64,000 nucleotides of DNA from Blastocatellia bacterium UBA7656 (lineage in GTDB: Bacteria > Acidobacteriota > Blastocatellia > UBA7656): the NCBI GenBank assembly GCA_002483445.1, contig DLHY01000007.1, forward strand, positions 86,114 to 150,113, in the 5' to 3' direction. How positions within the stretch are numbered: the stretch's first letter is position 1; each line of letters starts with the position of its first letter. Of the stretch, positions 61,643 through 64,000 are shown one piece after another. A model generated the notes under the pieces. The model did not search any database, was not told the origin of the DNA, and saw only the letters and a list, made by a program, of their open reading frames with translations. A program made the position numbers and the translations under genes.

Positions 61643-62729
61643 AGACTGCCACCTGCTCTTCGTTTTCCTTTTCCTGCTCAAGGAGGCTGAGTTTATCCAC
61701 TTCTTCGACCTGACTCTCTCCGACGCTGCGAAGTCGGGCGAGCGAGAGGCCGTCTTTCAGAATATAGAACATGCCGAACAGAGTCGCGGGCGCGAATATG
61801 ATCAGATGCAGAATGATCGCGACCGAAGCGGCTTTCATCGATGCGACTCCGAGAAAGGTCAGAGCGGCTGCTGTTGCCGCGTGAAACGGCCCCGTAGCTC
61901 CGCCCGGAGTGGGGACTATCGAGCCGAGCATCGAAAGCCCCATCACGAAAACCGCGCCCGTGAGCGGAACCTGAGCATAAGGGATATCGAACGCCCGCAC
62001 GACTAAAAGATGCGCGACCGATACCATAAGCCATAGCAGAACGGTGTATGAAAGAGTGATCGTCAGGCTCCTCAGATCGTGCAGCACGGCCAAACCTTCG
62101 GATATGTGAAGCAGCAGGCTCAACACCGCTCGTTTTACAGGGCCGGGGAGCCAGTTCAGTTTCTGATCGAGAAAATCCAGCGCGCCTTTTCTGCGCCGAC
62201 GGAAAACCGACAGCCCGTAGATGCCCGCTATCGATGCCATAAGCATCAGCACGCCGATGGCTTTGATCAGTCCGAACACCCGCATCGCTTCCGCGTCCGT
62301 CGAGGTGTATTCGAAGAAGACGAGATTGGCCGCGAAGAAAAAAACCACCATCACCATATCGAATACGCGCTCTATCATCACGGTCGCGTAGCTGGCCGAT
62401 GGATGAATTTTCTCTTTGACCGAAAGCACAGCCGGACGGACTATCATCTCGCCCGCCCGCCCCATCACGAAGAGGGCGGAAAAACCTACGACCGTTGCCC
62501 GAAACAGTCCTCTCAACGGCGGCCTCGCCATAGGTTCGAGCAATGCGCGCCAGCGAAGCACGCGGACGAAATAAGTGCCGACGAAAAGTGAGACGGCAAG
62601 CGCGAGCATCTCCAGATTGGCCTTGCGCGCTTCCCGCCAGACCTCTGCCCAGTCAAGCTTATGAGCGAACCAGTAGACGAAGGCGGCTCCAAGCGCGATG
62701 CTCAGAATGGTTTTGTACCGGGTTTTCAC
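61641..62729 (-). CDS. lysylphosphatidylglycerol-synthase-TM-like (UPF0104/YbhN flippase-like) membrane protein
   Basis: Eight TM helices with the conserved RWR motif (FVRVLRWRALL). Confidence 0.7.
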   Translation of the reverse strand: MKTRYKTILSIALGAAFVYWFAHKLDWAEVWREARKANLEMLALAVSLFVGTYFVRVLRWRALLEPMARPPLRGLFRATVVGFSALFVMGRAGEMIVRPAVLSVKEKIHPSASYATVMIERVFDMVMVVFFFAANLVFFEYTSTDAEAMRVFGLIKAIGVLMLMASIAGIYGLSVFRRRRKGALDFLDQKLNWLPGPVKRAVLSLLLHISEGLAVLHDLRSLTITLSYTVLLWLMVSVAHLLVVRAFDIPYAQVPLTGAVFVMGLSMLGSIVPTPGGATGPFHAATAAALTFLGVASMKAASVAIILHLIIFAPATLFGMFYILKDGLSLARLRSVGESQVEEVDKLSLLEQEKENEEQVAV

Positions 62730-62998
62730 AGTGTAGGTTTCAGTCCTCGTGTTATACTCTTCCCGAAATCATGGACAAAAGTTTGACATCTTGAATCGCC
62801 ATGACCTGCGCGGCACAACCGGTTGAGTCGAGCGGGGATTCTAGCACAAAGCTTAGACCCTTCGCACGCTTTCACGCTCGCTGGCGGCGAAAGGTCTAAC
62901 TTGGTGAAACATCAGGCAACGCAGTCTCGTTAAGCGAGTTTGGACGACTTTACCTTAGAAGGCAGCGTCTAATCTTTGATTTAGCGGGAAGGCGACCA

Positions 62999-63586
62999 GT
63001 GGGAGCAAGACCAGCGTTGACATCTAGCGATGCTGAATTGGTTCAGCGTTGTCAGCAGGGTGACCAGGCGGCCTGGGCCGAAGTAGTGCGTCAGTTTTCG
63101 CGCCGCGTCTACAACCTTGCTTATCGTTTCACGACGAGCCACGCGGCGGCTGAAGACCTCACTCAGGAAGTCTTCATCCGTGTTTATCGCTCGCTCAACC
63201 AGTACGACCCCGCGCTTGGCGATCTGTCGAACTGGCTGATGAGACTGGCGCGCAATCTGATCATTGACGATTACCGGAAGCGTCAGAGGACGCCTACGGA
63301 TTCGAGCGACGATCTGGCCGATCACGAGTATCATCTCCCGGCTGCCAGCGACAGTCCGCAGCGCGCGCTCGAACGCCAGGAACGCCGTCTTCAGGTGCTT
63401 GCGGCGATCAACAAGCTCTCGCCCGATTTGCGCGAGTGCGTCATACTGCGCGACATCGAGGAGTTGAGCTATCAGGATATAGTCGATCTGCTTCAGATAC
63501 CTGAAGGGACAGTCAAGAGCCGCATCAATCGTGGCAGGATCGAACTAGCCAAAGTCCTGCGGAGGATGAAAGTCTCGCCTGAGTAG
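62999..63586 (+). CDS. ECF RNA polymerase sigma factor (RpoE-like)
   Basis: Region 2 (AEDLTQEVFIRVYRSL) and region 4 (ELSYQDIVDLLQIPEGTVKSRINRGR). Confidence 0.85.
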   Translation: MGARPALTSSDAELVQRCQQGDQAAWAEVVRQFSRRVYNLAYRFTTSHAAAEDLTQEVFIRVYRSLNQYDPALGDLSNWLMRLARNLIIDDYRKRQRTPTDSSDDLADHEYHLPAASDSPQRALERQERRLQVLAAINKLSPDLRECVILRDIEELSYQDIVDLLQIPEGTVKSRINRGRIELAKVLRRMKVSPE

Positions 63587-63699
63587 TCGACATCCGCCGC
63601 CGCGCTAGGCCACGTAAAGGTAAAGACTGTCATCGATAGACTGACGGAAGTGTTTGAAAGAATTTTCAGGGAGATCGGGAGACCATTCCCGTTGAAGTT

Positions 63700-64000
63700 A
63701 TGAATTGCAGCAGATTTGAAGAACTACTGAGCGATTACATCGATCAAACGATTGCGCCTCGGCACGCGAGCGATTTCCGCGCGCACTCCTTGCAGTGCCG
63801 CGATTGCCGCGCGCTGCTCGACGACGTGAAAACCGTCGTCAGGGAATGCAGAGCGGACGACGGCCTCGACATGCCGGAATGGCTTGAGACTTCTCTCGTT
63901 ATGATCCCCGCCGAGCATCGCCCGCTTGATTGCTCAGGATTCGAGGATATCATCACTGAATTTCTCGACGGGTTCGTTCCGGCTGCGGTTTATCATCGCT
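63700..64000 (+). CDS. anti-sigma factor, zf-HC2 type (3'-truncated by window edge)
   Basis: MNCSRFEELLSDYID...H..C..C pattern. Lies directly downstream of the ECF sigma gene. Confidence 0.55.
   Translation, partial: MNCSRFEELLSDYIDQTIAPRHASDFRAHSLQCRDCRALLDDVKTVVRECRADDGLDMPEWLETSLVMIPAEHRPLDCSGFEDIITEFLDGFVPAAVYHR

Overview
This 64-kb window is GC-rich (about 60%) and gene-dense, and is probably from an Acidobacteriota-like genome; that guess rests only on gene content and style. Everything below is by-eye motif and domain recognition; no searches or structure predictions were run.

The ordinary content includes:
- a large hybrid PAS/GAF sensor kinase;
- an orphan LivF-like ABC ATPase;
- an aldo/keto reductase, DoxX, a PAP2-family protein and a NAD-dependent epimerase/dehydratase;
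- a TesA-like SGNH hydrolase divergent from YbbA/YbbP-like ABC transporter genes;
- PurN, a tandem M16 peptidase, an NrdD-like reductase, Lon, NrdR, an LPG-synthase-like membrane protein and an ECF sigma/anti-sigma pair.

The accessory content is unusually rich.
1. A tRNA-Thr(CGU) gene is split by a roughly 246-nt group I intron after U33, with recognisable P7 and P9 elements and a terminal G.
2. A cluster of peptidases has a Craspase-like layout: a clostripain-like (C11) peptidase, then a 1120-aa TPR-CHAT protease, then an ECF sigma factor and a membrane anti-sigma. No CRISPR or Cas genes are present.
3. A low-GC two-gene module encodes an ABC-type ATPase and a small TOPRIM-like protein. This is the OLD/PARIS/AbiL style of antiphage system.
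4. A toxin-antitoxin island holds BrnT/BrnA, a second lone DUF4415 antitoxin-like gene, XisH/XisI and an AT-rich orphan gene, next to a 927-aa UvrD-like helicase.
5. A caspase–FGE-sulfatase fusion, a Uma2 endonuclease and a paralogous standalone FGE-sulfatase protein sit together, and a Ser/Thr kinase–FGE-sulfatase fusion lies elsewhere.
6. A PIN-toxin pair, a CitE-like lyase with a double-hotdog MaoC hydratase, and an SBBP-repeat gene interrupted by an in-frame amber stop are also present.

Several repeat families lie between genes:
- MITE-like inverted repeats built from GGGAG or GGTGAT periodic units;
- a palindromic element (GTGGCGCAAGCTGTTAGCTTGCGC) in three copies;
- a TTTTGCCTTTTTACTTTT motif at three gene 3' ends;
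- a five-copy array of a 19-mer operator-like site upstream of the MaoC gene;
- heptanucleotide tandem repeats inside the CHAT gene.
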